Below, piece by piece: positions 9,169 to 17,680 of a stretch of 32,782 nucleotides of DNA. The DNA lies in contig CAYNRT010000002.1 in the NCBI GenBank assembly GCA_964399945.1, positions 1 to 32,782 of the forward strand. Reading direction: 5' to 3'. The translations under genes were made by a program, and so were the position numbers. The notes below the pieces were generated by a model. It searched no databases, had not been told where the DNA came from, and worked only from the letters and a program-made list of their open reading frames with translations. The stretch's first letter is position 1. Each line of letters starts with the position of its first letter. The stretch comes from an uncultured Candidatus Saccharibacteria bacterium. Its GTDB lineage: Bacteria > Patescibacteriota > Minisyncoccia > Minisyncoccales > CG1-02-41-26.

Positions 9169-9489
9169 ATGAAGATAAGAAAAGGAGATAAAGTTTTGGT
9201 AATAAAAGGCAAAGATAAAGGACGCAAGAGCAAGGTCTTGCGGGGTTTTCCAAAGGAGCTGAAAGTTTTAGTTGAGGGGATAAATATTAAGAAAAAGCAC
9301 CGCCGCCCGCGCAGAGAAGGAGAAAAGGGGCAGATTGTAGAGGTTGCCGCGCCCCTTCCAGTTTGTCGAGTAAAGTTAATTTGTCCAAAATGCGGCAAGC
9401 CTACAAGGGTGGGTTATAAAATAATTAAAACCGCTGGCGAAAAAAAGAAAGTAAGAATATGCAAGAAGTGCAGCGGAGAAATAAATTAA
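9169..9489 (+). CDS. rplX: 50S ribosomal protein L24, zinc-ribbon (CxxC...CxxC) form
   Basis: KIRKGD.V.VI.GKDKG..G.V... is present. The C-terminus carries CPKC...(18 aa)...CKKC. Confidence 0.93.
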   Translation: MKIRKGDKVLVIKGKDKGRKSKVLRGFPKELKVLVEGINIKKKHRRPRREGEKGQIVEVAAPLPVCRVKLICPKCGKPTRVGYKIIKTAGEKKKVRICKKCSGEIN

Positions 9490-9510
9490 AAAAGCAAAAA
9501 GCGAAACCAT

Positions 9511-10071
9511 ATGCTTAGCTTAAAGGAAAAATACAAAAAGGAAGTTGTGCCCCGAATGATGGAAGAGTTTGGTTATAAAAATCCTATGGCTGTGCCTAAA
9601 ATTGAGAAAATAACGGTTAACAGCGGGTTTGGAAGAATAACTTCTTTGAAAACAAGCACTGACAAACAAAAATTAGTGGAAAATGTTTTTCAGATTTTAT
9701 CGCTGATTACCGGACAAAAGCCAGCTCTTAGAAAAGCACGCGTGTCAGTGTCTTCGTTTAAGCTTAGAAAGGGTATGCCTATCGGCGCCAAAGTTACTTT
9801 GAGAGGAGAAAGAATGTATGAGTTTTTGGAAAAGATGATATGGCTTGTTTTACCGCGTTCCCGCGATTTTCGCGGAATTCCTTTGAAATCTTTAGACGGC
9901 CAAGGCAATCTTACAATCGGTCTCAAAGATTACAGCCCGTTTTTAGAAACAAAAATTAGCAAAGATAAAAGTTTGTTTGGTTTAGAGATTATCATAACAA
10001 CAACAGCTAAAAACAATGAAGAGGGAAGACGCCTTTTAAGTTTACTGGGTTTTCCCTTCCAGAAGTCGTAA
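9511..10071 (+). CDS. rplE: 50S ribosomal protein L5
   Basis: L.EKY..EV.P.MM.EF.YKN.M.VP.I.KI.VN, R.MYEFL.K, RDFRG. Confidence 0.96.
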   Translation: MLSLKEKYKKEVVPRMMEEFGYKNPMAVPKIEKITVNSGFGRITSLKTSTDKQKLVENVFQILSLITGQKPALRKARVSVSSFKLRKGMPIGAKVTLRGERMYEFLEKMIWLVLPRSRDFRGIPLKSLDGQGNLTIGLKDYSPFLETKISKDKSLFGLEIIITTTAKNNEEGRRLLSLLGFPFQKS

Positions 10072-10086
10072 AAGATAAAAATTTAT

Positions 10087-10272
10087 ATGCCAAAAAAATC
10101 GCAAATAGAAAGAGCCAAAAAAAAGCCGAAGTTTAGCACAAGGATAGTGCGGCGATGTTTCCGTTGCGGCAGGAGAAGGGGGTATATGAGAGATTTCGGC
10201 CTTTGCCGAATCTGCTTTAGAGAAATGGCTGGAAGGGGAGAAATACCGGGGATAAAAAAAAGCAGTTGGTAA
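10087..10272 (+). CDS. rpsN: 30S ribosomal protein S14, short zinc-binding type (type Z, 61 aa)
   Basis: [21 protein letters not shown] with two CxxC pairs. Located between rplE and rpsH. Confidence 0.95.
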   Translation: MPKKSQIERAKKKPKFSTRIVRRCFRCGRRRGYMRDFGLCRICFREMAGRGEIPGIKKSSW

Positions 10273-10296
10273 ACTTTATTATTAATTTCAAATTTT

Positions 10297-10704
10297 ATGT
10301 TGTCAGATCCAATTTCAGACATGCTTATAAGGATAAAAAACGCCCAAGCGGTTAAACGAAAGGGAGTGGAGGTTCCTTTTTCCAATATAAAATTTAGAAT
10401 AGCTGAGATTTTGAGTAAAAAGGGCTTTGTTGGGCAAGTGAAAAGGATAAGCAAGAAAAAAGGAAAAAAGAGCCATGAGTTTATTCTAATTGCTTTGCGT
10501 TATGAAAAAGACGGTTCGCCGGCTATTTCAGACCTGAAACGCATTTCCAAGCCCGGCCGAAGAATTTACTTAAAAGCTGGCGAGATAAAAAAGGTAAAAG
10601 GCGGACGCGGAGTATTGATTATTTCTACTCCAAAGGGTTTGATGACAGGATTCCAAGCCAAAAGAGAAAATGTTGGCGGGGAAGCAATCGCTGAAATTTG
10701 GTAA
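10297..10704 (+). CDS. rpsH: 30S ribosomal protein S8
   Basis: DPI.DML.RIKNA, ISKPG.R.Y, G..I.STPKG.MT...A....VGGE.... Confidence 0.96.
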   Translation: MLSDPISDMLIRIKNAQAVKRKGVEVPFSNIKFRIAEILSKKGFVGQVKRISKKKGKKSHEFILIALRYEKDGSPAISDLKRISKPGRRIYLKAGEIKKVKGGRGVLIISTPKGLMTGFQAKRENVGGEAIAEIW

Positions 10705-10717
10705 AAACATCAAAGAT

Positions 10718-11266
10718 ATGTCACGTATAGGCAAAAAACCGATTTTAATACCTGAGAATGTTAAAGTTGAAATAGGTGATTCTATTGTAAAGGTGGAGGG
10801 GAAAAAAGGGAAACTTAGCCAAGAGATTCCTGAAGGTATTTTGGTAGAAAAAAAAGAAAAGGAACTTGTTATTTCTCCTGAAAGAAGAACAAAAAAAAGC
10901 ATGGCTCTTTGGGGCATGATTAGATCTATCCTTCAGAATGCTGTTATCGGAGTGGAAAGCGGATTTGAGAAAAGATTGGAAATACGAGGTGTTGGCTATA
11001 AAGCATCTCTTCCGCAAAACAAGCTTTTACGACTTGAGGTTGGCTTCTCTCATCCTATAGAAATGGAAATCCCTGAAAGTCTTGAGGTGTCTGTAGAAAA
11101 GAATATAATTATTATTTCCGGTGCGGACAAGCAAAAAGTCGGTCAATTTGCCGCGGAAATCAGAAGAGTAAGACCGCCGGAACCCTATAAAGGCAAAGGA
11201 ATCAGATATGTTGGAGAAAAGGTCAGAATGAAACAAAAGAAGAAAGCTGTTGGGGCGGCGGAATAG
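10718..11266 (+). CDS. rplF: 50S ribosomal protein L6
   Basis: MSRIGKKPI.IP..V.V is the canonical L6 start, so ATG 10718 was chosen over the track start at 10670, which overlaps rpsH. EPYKGKGIRY.GE.V..K. Confidence 0.95.
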   Translation: MSRIGKKPILIPENVKVEIGDSIVKVEGKKGKLSQEIPEGILVEKKEKELVISPERRTKKSMALWGMIRSILQNAVIGVESGFEKRLEIRGVGYKASLPQNKLLRLEVGFSHPIEMEIPESLEVSVEKNIIIISGADKQKVGQFAAEIRRVRPPEPYKGKGIRYVGEKVRMKQKKKAVGAAE

Positions 11267-11282
11267 CAATGGAAACAGCATT

Positions 11283-11711
11283 ATGGATATAAAAGAAAAA
11301 AAACAAAAAAAAGAAAGAAGACACAGAAGAGTAAGAGCTAAGATAAAAGGAACGGCTGAGCGCCCGCGCCTTTGCGTTTTTCGTTCACACCGCCACATAT
11401 ATGTTCAGTTGATTGACGATGAAAAAGGAGAAACATTGTTGAGTTTAAGCGATTTTAAGCTTAAGACGCCGACAGCAAAAGCTGTTTCTGAAACCTCTGA
11501 TCAAGGGCAAAAAACAGAAGAGATTAAGAGAAAACAGGAAAAACTGGCAGGCGCTAAAACCATAAAAGCTTTTCAGCTTGGTTTTTTGGCGGCGGCTGAA
11601 GCCCTTAAAAAAGGCATTAAAAGCGTTGTTTTTGATAAAAGCGGTTATAAATATCACGGCAGAGTTAAGGCTGTGGCTGAGGGGGCTCGAAAAGGAGGCC
11701 TAAAACTATAA
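11283..11711 (+). CDS. rplR: 50S ribosomal protein L18 (with an internal charged insertion of about 20 aa)
   Basis: RH.R.R.KI.GT.ERPRL.VFRS..HIY.Q.IDD and F.D..GY.YHGRVKA.A..AR..GL.. are present. ATG 11283 was preferred to 11250, which overlaps rplF. Confidence 0.92.
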   Translation: MDIKEKKQKKERRHRRVRAKIKGTAERPRLCVFRSHRHIYVQLIDDEKGETLLSLSDFKLKTPTAKAVSETSDQGQKTEEIKRKQEKLAGAKTIKAFQLGFLAAAEALKKGIKSVVFDKSGYKYHGRVKAVAEGARKGGLKL

Positions 11712-12196
11712 TGTTAAACAAAAAAATGAGGGCAAACAAAAGAAAAGATGAATATGAGTCAAAACTTTTAGACTTAAGCAGGGTAACCAAAGTGACCGGC
11801 GGAGGCAAGAAGCTCAGATTCCGAGCGGTTGTTGTGATTGGAGACAAAAAAGGCAGCGTTGGCGTTGGTGTGGCAAAAGGCAGAGATGTTGCCCAAGCCG
11901 TGGAGAAAGCAACGCGTTTGGCAAAGAAAAAACTCATTAAAGTGTTGTTCTCCGGCAATACAATTCCTCATGATGTCGAAGCCAAATACGGACCCGCCAG
12001 AGTTCTTCTTAGACCGCAGGCAAAAGGAAGAGGAATGGTTGCAGGCGGGGTAGTCAGAGTCATATGTTCTTTAGCCGGTATTAACGACATTTCCTCTAAA
12101 CTTTTATCGCGCTCAAGGAATAAATTGAATATTGCCCGAGCAACCGTGGAGGCGCTTAAAAAATTAAAAGCCGTAAATCCTGACGCGAGGCGTTAA
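11711..12196 (+). CDS. rpsE: 30S ribosomal protein S5
   Basis: V.KV..GG..LRF.A.VV.GD..G.VG.G..K...V..A..KA is present. The start overlaps the rplR stop (TAATG). Confidence 0.95.
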   Translation: MLNKKMRANKRKDEYESKLLDLSRVTKVTGGGKKLRFRAVVVIGDKKGSVGVGVAKGRDVAQAVEKATRLAKKKLIKVLFSGNTIPHDVEAKYGPARVLLRPQAKGRGMVAGGVVRVICSLAGINDISSKLLSRSRNKLNIARATVEALKKLKAVNPDARR

Positions 12197-12217
12197 AAGT
12201 ATAATAAATTATTTATT

Positions 12218-12652
12218 ATGCAGCTGCATCAATTAAAACCAATTCATAAGCCCAAAAAAAAGAAAAGAGTAGGAAGGGGCGGTAAAAGGGGCTGTTATTC
12301 GGGCAGAGGAATAAAAGGGCAGGGAGCGAGAAGCGGATGTAAAAAACAGCCGTTTATTCGCGAACTGATAAAAAGATATCATAAATTAAGGGGATACCGG
12401 CAGAACCCGCGCTTTAAAGCAGAAACAGCGATTAATGTTTCTGTGCTGGAAGCTAATTTTAATAACGGTGAAACTGTTGCTCCTGGGATTTTGCTTTCCA
12501 AAAAAATAATAAGTAAAATAAAAGGAAAGATGCCAAAAGTGAAGATATTGGGTAATGGCAAGCTAAACAAGAAACTTACAGTGAAAAATTGTTTTGTCTC
12601 TAAAGGAGCCCGCACGAAAATTGAAGAAGCCGGCGGTGAAGTGAAGCAATAA
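12218..12652 (+). CDS. rplO: 50S ribosomal protein L15
   Basis: L..LKP.....K.KKRVGRG...G...GRG.KGQ..R.G is present. It follows rpsE after only 21 nt, so there is no rpmD. Confidence 0.93.
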   Translation: MQLHQLKPIHKPKKKKRVGRGGKRGCYSGRGIKGQGARSGCKKQPFIRELIKRYHKLRGYRQNPRFKAETAINVSVLEANFNNGETVAPGILLSKKIISKIKGKMPKVKILGNGKLNKKLTVKNCFVSKGARTKIEEAGGEVKQ

Positions 12653-12665
12653 TTAATTGTCCTTT

Positions 12666-13946
12666 ATGTCTTGGCTGCAAAAAATAATATTTATTTTCAA
12701 AGATCGCCAGCTGCGGAACAAGATATTATTTGTTTTAGCGGTTTTAGTTGTCTTCCGTTTGGCCGCTAATATTCCTATTCCCGGAATAAATTTAGAAAAT
12801 CTCCGTCACTTTTTTGCCGAAAACCAATTTTTCGGCATGTTGAACCTTTTTGTCGGCGGAGCTCTTAGTCGTCTTTCCATCCTGATGCTTGGACTAGGCC
12901 CCTATATTACAAGCGTGATTATTCTTCAACTGCTGACAATGATTTTTCCTCGTCTGGAGAAAATGTACAAAGAGGAAGGAGAAGAAGGAAAGAGAAAATT
13001 CAATCAATACGGCAGAATTTTTACTGTTCCCCTTGCTGTTTTGCAGTCTTACGCGATGCTTGGATTGCTTGCCAAACAAGGCTTGGTAAGTTTTGACGCT
13101 TTTCATCTTATTGCTGCTATTTCTGCCATTACAGCTGGATCGGTTTTTTTAATGTGGTTGGGAGAACTTATTTCTGAGAAAGGGATAGGCAACGGAGTTT
13201 CTCTACTTATCTTTGCTGGTATAATTGCCCGAACTCCGACCCAAATACGCCAAACAGCCTTAACCTGGGATTCGTCTCAGTTGATGAATTATGTTTTCTT
13301 CTTTTTGATATCTCTTTTAATTATATTTGCTGTTGTGCTAATTACGGAAGCAAGAAGAAATATTCCTGTTTCTTATGCCAAAAGAGTGAAGGGTCGCCGG
13401 GTCTATGGGGGAGTTTCTACTTATTTGCCGATGAGCGTTAACCCAGCCGGAGTTATCCCTATCATTTTCGCCTTAGCCATTCTTTTGTTTCCCAGTATGG
13501 CGGCTAATTTTCTAGCAAACAGCGGTAGTCCGCTTTTGGTAAAGATAGCTGGATCTGTCTCAATGTTTTTTCAGAATCCATTAGTGTATACTTCTCTATT
13601 TTTTATCCTGGTATTTGTTTTCACTTATTTTTACACCGCAGTTACTTTTGACCCAGATGCTATTTCTTCAAATCTTCAGCGAATGGGCGGGTTTATTCCG
13701 GGATTAAGGCCCGGGCCGTCTACAGCTTCCTTTCTGCACAAAATACTTTACCGGGTTCTGTTTATCGGCGCCTTGTTCTTAAGTTTAATCGCTGTAATGC
13801 CTTCTATTATCCAAGGTTTGACAGGGATTAAAAATTTCACCTTTTTAATTGGAGGCACAGCAATTCTCATTATTGTTAGTGTTGTGCTTGATACTTGGAG
13901 ACAGATTAAAGCTCAATTGGAAATGAGGGAGTATGAGCAGTTTTAA
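12666..13946 (+). CDS. secY: Preprotein translocase subunit SecY
   Basis: A protein with about 10 TM segments carrying SecY motifs (LGI.PYIT.SII.QLL, GE.I.E.GIGNG.SL.IF.GI). It follows rplO. The start could instead be TTG 12657. Confidence 0.95.
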   Translation: MSWLQKIIFIFKDRQLRNKILFVLAVLVVFRLAANIPIPGINLENLRHFFAENQFFGMLNLFVGGALSRLSILMLGLGPYITSVIILQLLTMIFPRLEKMYKEEGEEGKRKFNQYGRIFTVPLAVLQSYAMLGLLAKQGLVSFDAFHLIAAISAITAGSVFLMWLGELISEKGIGNGVSLLIFAGIIARTPTQIRQTALTWDSSQLMNYVFFFLISLLIIFAVVLITEARRNIPVSYAKRVKGRRVYGGVSTYLPMSVNPAGVIPIIFALAILLFPSMAANFLANSGSPLLVKIAGSVSMFFQNPLVYTSLFFILVFVFTYFYTAVTFDPDAISSNLQRMGGFIPGLRPGPSTASFLHKILYRVLFIGALFLSLIAVMPSIIQGLTGIKNFTFLIGGTAILIIVSVVLDTWRQIKAQLEMREYEQF

Positions 13947-13973
13947 CAAGGTCTTTAGTATTTGTTCAAACTT

Positions 13974-14663
13974 ATGAAAAAAGCGATTATCTTAATGGGT
14001 CCTCCCGGCGCTGGCAAGGGGACACAAGCGGAGTTATTGGCAGATCGTTTAGGGCTTTATCATTTGGAGACCAGCCGCCTTTTGGAAGCCGCTTTTAATT
14101 CACCCAACACAGAGAATATAATTAAGATAAAGGGGGAAACATTTTCTTTAAAAAAGGAAAAAATGTTTTGGAAAAGCGGCAAGATATGCAGCCCCCTGTT
14201 TGTTGCTGGACTTATCTCCAGAAAGATAAAATTCTTAGCTGATATGGATCAAGGAATTGTTTTTTCTGGGAGTCCGCGGAGCATGGAGGAAGCAAGAGAA
14301 ACGCTACCGCTTTTAGAAAAGCTGTACGGTCGTAGGAATATAAGAGCTTTTGTTTTAAATGTCCCGGCAGAAGAAACTATTTTTCGCAACTCCCATCGTC
14401 GCATTTGTCTTTTAATGCGCCATCCTATTCTTTATTCCGAAGAAACAAAAAACCTTAAATTTTGTCCCTTAGATGGTTCAAAACTTATTAGAAGAAAGGG
14501 GTTAGACGATCCAAAAGTTATTAAAGTAAGATTGGCAACTTATAAAGAGGTGACTTTTCCGGTCATTGAATATCTTAAAGAAAGCAAGATTCCCGTAAAG
14601 GAAATTAATGGAGTTGGCAGCGTCTCGGCTGTTTTTCAAAGACTGGAAAGAGCTTTGAAATAG
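13974..14663 (+). CDS. adk: Adenylate kinase-like protein (divergent NMP-binding and lid regions)
   Basis: P-loop GPPGAGKGTQA, position between secY and map, and a lid-like RRIC....H...(18)...CPLD. Confidence 0.8.
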   Translation: MKKAIILMGPPGAGKGTQAELLADRLGLYHLETSRLLEAAFNSPNTENIIKIKGETFSLKKEKMFWKSGKICSPLFVAGLISRKIKFLADMDQGIVFSGSPRSMEEARETLPLLEKLYGRRNIRAFVLNVPAEETIFRNSHRRICLLMRHPILYSEETKNLKFCPLDGSKLIRRKGLDDPKVIKVRLATYKEVTFPVIEYLKESKIPVKEINGVGSVSAVFQRLERALK

Positions 14664-14711
14664 TTTTTATTGGTCCTTTCTATTTTCATTTAACTTGTTC
14701 TGAAAAATTAT

Positions 14712-15473
14712 ATGGTTCTTATTAAAACAGCGAAGGAAATAAAAACAATTAAGGAAGCGGGATTTATCTTGGCGCGAATAATGCGAGAACTGGAAAACTT
14801 GGCTGAACCGGGCGCAACAACAGAGTACTTAAACAGGGCTGCTGAAGCCCTTATTTTAAAATACGGCGCTCAACCAGCCTTTAAAGGTTATGAGGGGTTT
14901 CCTGCTACGCTTTGCACTTCTGTCAATACACAAGTGGTGCATGCTGTTCCAAGCGACTATCGGCTGAAGCCTGGCGATCTTTTATCTTTGGATTTAGGAT
15001 TGAAGCATAAAGGATTTTATGCGGATATGGCAGTTAGTAAAATAGTTGGAGCCGATTGTTTGGCAGAACCGGATTTTGAAGCCAGCCGCTTAATTAAGGT
15101 TTGCCGCAAAGCTTTAAAGTTGGCTGTTAAAAAAGCCAGACCTGGCAATACTTTTGGAGACGTAGGCAATACCATCCAGCGTTTTGTAGAGGGTCAAGGC
15201 TTTCAGGTGGTGCGCGATTTATGCGGCCATGGTATTGGCAGAAAACTTCATGAGGAGCCGAAGATTCTTAATTATGGCAAGCGCCGCACGGGTGAAACAA
15301 TTAAAGCAGGAATGGTTTTTTGTTTAGAGCCAATGATAACAGCGGGCGATTGGCGTTTAAAAAAAGGAAAGGATGGGTTTTCTTTTGAAACCAGAGACGG
15401 TTCTTTATCCGCGCATTTTGAGCACACCATTGCAGTGTTGGAAAAGGGAGCTGAGATACTGACAAAGATTTAG
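14712..15473 (+). CDS. map: Methionine aminopeptidase type I
   Basis: Motifs containing the metal ligands are present: D..L....D (LSLDLG), GHGIG...HE.P, CLEPM, and EHT. Confidence 0.95.
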   Translation: MVLIKTAKEIKTIKEAGFILARIMRELENLAEPGATTEYLNRAAEALILKYGAQPAFKGYEGFPATLCTSVNTQVVHAVPSDYRLKPGDLLSLDLGLKHKGFYADMAVSKIVGADCLAEPDFEASRLIKVCRKALKLAVKKARPGNTFGDVGNTIQRFVEGQGFQVVRDLCGHGIGRKLHEEPKILNYGKRRTGETIKAGMVFCLEPMITAGDWRLKKGKDGFSFETRDGSLSAHFEHTIAVLEKGAEILTKI

Positions 15474-15502
15474 AGCATACTCTTGTAATTTTTTTCAGAT
15501 TC

Positions 15503-15527
15503 GAGGCAGCAATATGCCTCTTTTTAT
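15503..15527 (+). terminator. Intrinsic terminator after map
   Basis: GAGGCA (15503-15508), loop GCAATA, TGCCTC (15515-15520), then TTTTTATTT. Confidence 0.5.
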
Positions 15528-15558
15528 TTGCTTAGGGAACCTGTTATAATAAAGGAAT

Positions 15559-16611
15559 ATGATTTTCAAAAGGCAACCTGCCAGGCAAAGAATTTTTTCC
15601 TCTGAGTTACGGCAGGATCCGATAACCGGCGACTGGATAATAGTTGCTCCTAATCGCGCGCATCGTCCCAGAGATTTTCAGGCGGGACGTCGAATTTTTC
15701 GCTTTCTGCCAAATACCTGTCCTTTTTGTCATTTAGAAACGCAGGAGCAGCCGATATTGATTTTTAGTGCTGGAAAAGTTATAAAGAATCCTGCGATTTT
15801 GCCTAGGAATTGGAGTTTGGCTGTAGTGCCCAATAAGTTTCCCGCTGTTTTACCGCAATCAGACCTTAAAAAAGAAAAAAAAGAATTTTATCGTATAACA
15901 CCGGGGGCAGGCGCACATGAAGTAGTAATTACTAGAAACCATAGGAAAGATATATCCTGCCTTTCTTTGGTTCAAATAAAGGAAGTTTTAGATGCCTACC
16001 AAATGAGAATCTTATCTTTAAAAAAGGAGGAATTTGCCAATTACATTTTTGTTTTTCACAATTACGGCTGCCGCGGCGGGGCTTCGATTAGCCACCCGCA
16101 TTCTCAAATAGTTGCTTTGTCGGTAGCAGATCCTGATTTTAAAAAAAGACTGGACGGCGCGCAGCGCTATTGGAATAAAAAGCATCAATGTGTTCACTGC
16201 CGGATAATCGAACAAGAGAAAAAGGACAACAAAAGAATTGTTTTTGAAAACAACAGATTTATAGCTTTCTGCCCTTTTGCCTCACAGGCTTCTTTTATGA
16301 CAAGAATATATCCCAAAAAGCATTTGAGCCGTTTTGAAGAGATAAGCAGTAAAGAAAAAGAGGGACTTGCTGAAGCTTTGAAAGAAATTTTAGTCAGACA
16401 GAAAAAAGTTCTTTTTTCTCCTTCTTATAATTTTTTTCTGGCAACTTCTCCGTTTGACGGTGAGGATTATTCCTACTACCATTGGTATTTTGAAGTTAGA
16501 CCGCGTTTTTCTATAAAATCAAGTTTTTATTTCAATGCCGGTATTGAACTTCTGAATATAAGGCCGGAGGAAGCGGCTGAGCGCTTGAGGGCGGCCGGAA
16601 AGAAACATTAA
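15559..16611 (+). CDS. GalT-type HIT-superfamily nucleotidyltransferase (galactose-1-phosphate uridylyltransferase / ADP-glucose phosphorylase family)
   Basis: ELR.DP.TG.W..VAP.R..RP start, CPFCH zinc motif at aa 54-58, active-site HPHSQ at aa 179-183, and two tandem HIT-like halves. Confidence 0.75.
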   Translation: MIFKRQPARQRIFSSELRQDPITGDWIIVAPNRAHRPRDFQAGRRIFRFLPNTCPFCHLETQEQPILIFSAGKVIKNPAILPRNWSLAVVPNKFPAVLPQSDLKKEKKEFYRITPGAGAHEVVITRNHRKDISCLSLVQIKEVLDAYQMRILSLKKEEFANYIFVFHNYGCRGGASISHPHSQIVALSVADPDFKKRLDGAQRYWNKKHQCVHCRIIEQEKKDNKRIVFENNRFIAFCPFASQASFMTRIYPKKHLSRFEEISSKEKEGLAEALKEILVRQKKVLFSPSYNFFLATSPFDGEDYSYYHWYFEVRPRFSIKSSFYFNAGIELLNIRPEEAAERLRAAGKKH

Positions 16612-16621
16612 TTCTATTATT

Positions 16622-17080
16622 ATGTTAGCGGAGCTTAAAACATTTTTAGTAGCGATGACACCAATTTTAGAGCTAAGGGGCGCTATTCCTATTGCTTTAA
16701 ATATTTATGGCTTGCCTGCTTGGTCGGCTCTTCTTTTTTCTTGGCTGGGAAATATTACAGTTGTTTTCTTTCTTCTTGTATTGATAAAACCTGCGTCAAG
16801 ATGGCTTATAAGGCATTTTAAGTTTTTTCGTTTGTTTTTGAGCAAGCTCTTCAATAGTACAGAGAAAAGACACCAGAAAAAATTCATTCGTTGGAAAAAA
16901 TTCGCCCTGTTTTTTTTAGCCGCCCTGCCTTTGCCTTTTACGGGTGGGTGGACAGGAAGTTTATGCGCTTTTCTTTTTGATATCCCTTTTAAAGATTCAT
17001 TTTTTTTGCTATCCTTAGGATTAGCCGTTGCTGGATTTATTGTCTTGTCGGCGAGCTTAGGTTTTTTCAGCTTTTTTTAA
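16622..17080 (+). CDS. Small multipass membrane protein (resembles the COG2426 'small multidrug export-like' family)
   Basis: Four or five hydrophobic segments and an N-terminal PILELRGAIPIA motif that I associate with that family. The family assignment is from memory only. Confidence 0.55.
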   Translation: MLAELKTFLVAMTPILELRGAIPIALNIYGLPAWSALLFSWLGNITVVFFLLVLIKPASRWLIRHFKFFRLFLSKLFNSTEKRHQKKFIRWKKFALFFLAALPLPFTGGWTGSLCAFLFDIPFKDSFFLLSLGLAVAGFIVLSASLGFFSFF

Positions 17081-17124
17081 AAGTTTGCCTCCAAGGAAAG
17101 TAGACGGAAGGGTAACTATAATAT

Positions 17125-17646
17125 ATGCTTTCTTTTGAAAAATTAGAATTTTACAATCCAAGTAAAGGAATAATAAAGTTCGGTTCTCTAGCAGAGGAAG
17201 TTTTTTCCTATATGAAGCAAGAGCCGGAAAGTTTTTATGAAATAGTAGCGGGCTGCGATTCTTCATCTGATATGTATCCTGTTTTTCCTGTGGCAATTGT
17301 TGTTTTGCGCAAAGGCTTTGGCGGTAGGTTTTTCCTGACAAAGATAAAATATCAGAGGATGGAAAAGAAAAAATTCTTTACTTTTCAGCAAAGGATATTA
17401 GAAGAAGTTTATCTTTCCTGCGAAGTTGCTTTGCGTTTTAGAGAAGCTTTAAAAGAAAGAATAAGTCGTTGCTCCAAGGTTTCTTTGCGCTACCGCTTTG
17501 AATATATCCACGCTGATGTCGGTAAAAACGGCCCTACTAAAGATATGATAAAAGAAGTTGCCGGACTTATCAGAAGCAACGGATTTACACCTAAGATAAA
17601 ACCGCAATCTTTTGCTGCTTCTATTGTTGCTGACAGATTTAGTTAA
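17125..17646 (+). CDS. YkuK/DUF458-like (RNase H-fold) protein
   Basis: The N-terminal pattern F.N.S.G.I.F..L.EEV..YM...P...YEI..G.DS resembles the YkuK family. The assignment is from memory and no search was run. Confidence 0.5.
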   Translation: MLSFEKLEFYNPSKGIIKFGSLAEEVFSYMKQEPESFYEIVAGCDSSSDMYPVFPVAIVVLRKGFGGRFFLTKIKYQRMEKKKFFTFQQRILEEVYLSCEVALRFREALKERISRCSKVSLRYRFEYIHADVGKNGPTKDMIKEVAGLIRSNGFTPKIKPQSFAASIVADRFS

Positions 17647-17680
17647 GAAACAGCGGGGAAGCGCTTTCGTTGTTAAAATT

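Noticed and set aside
11838-12053. Same-strand alternative-frame ORFs inside rpsE (11838-12053) and alaS (18135-18338).
   Set aside because: They are embedded out of frame in strongly conserved genes and show no motifs or plausible start context.
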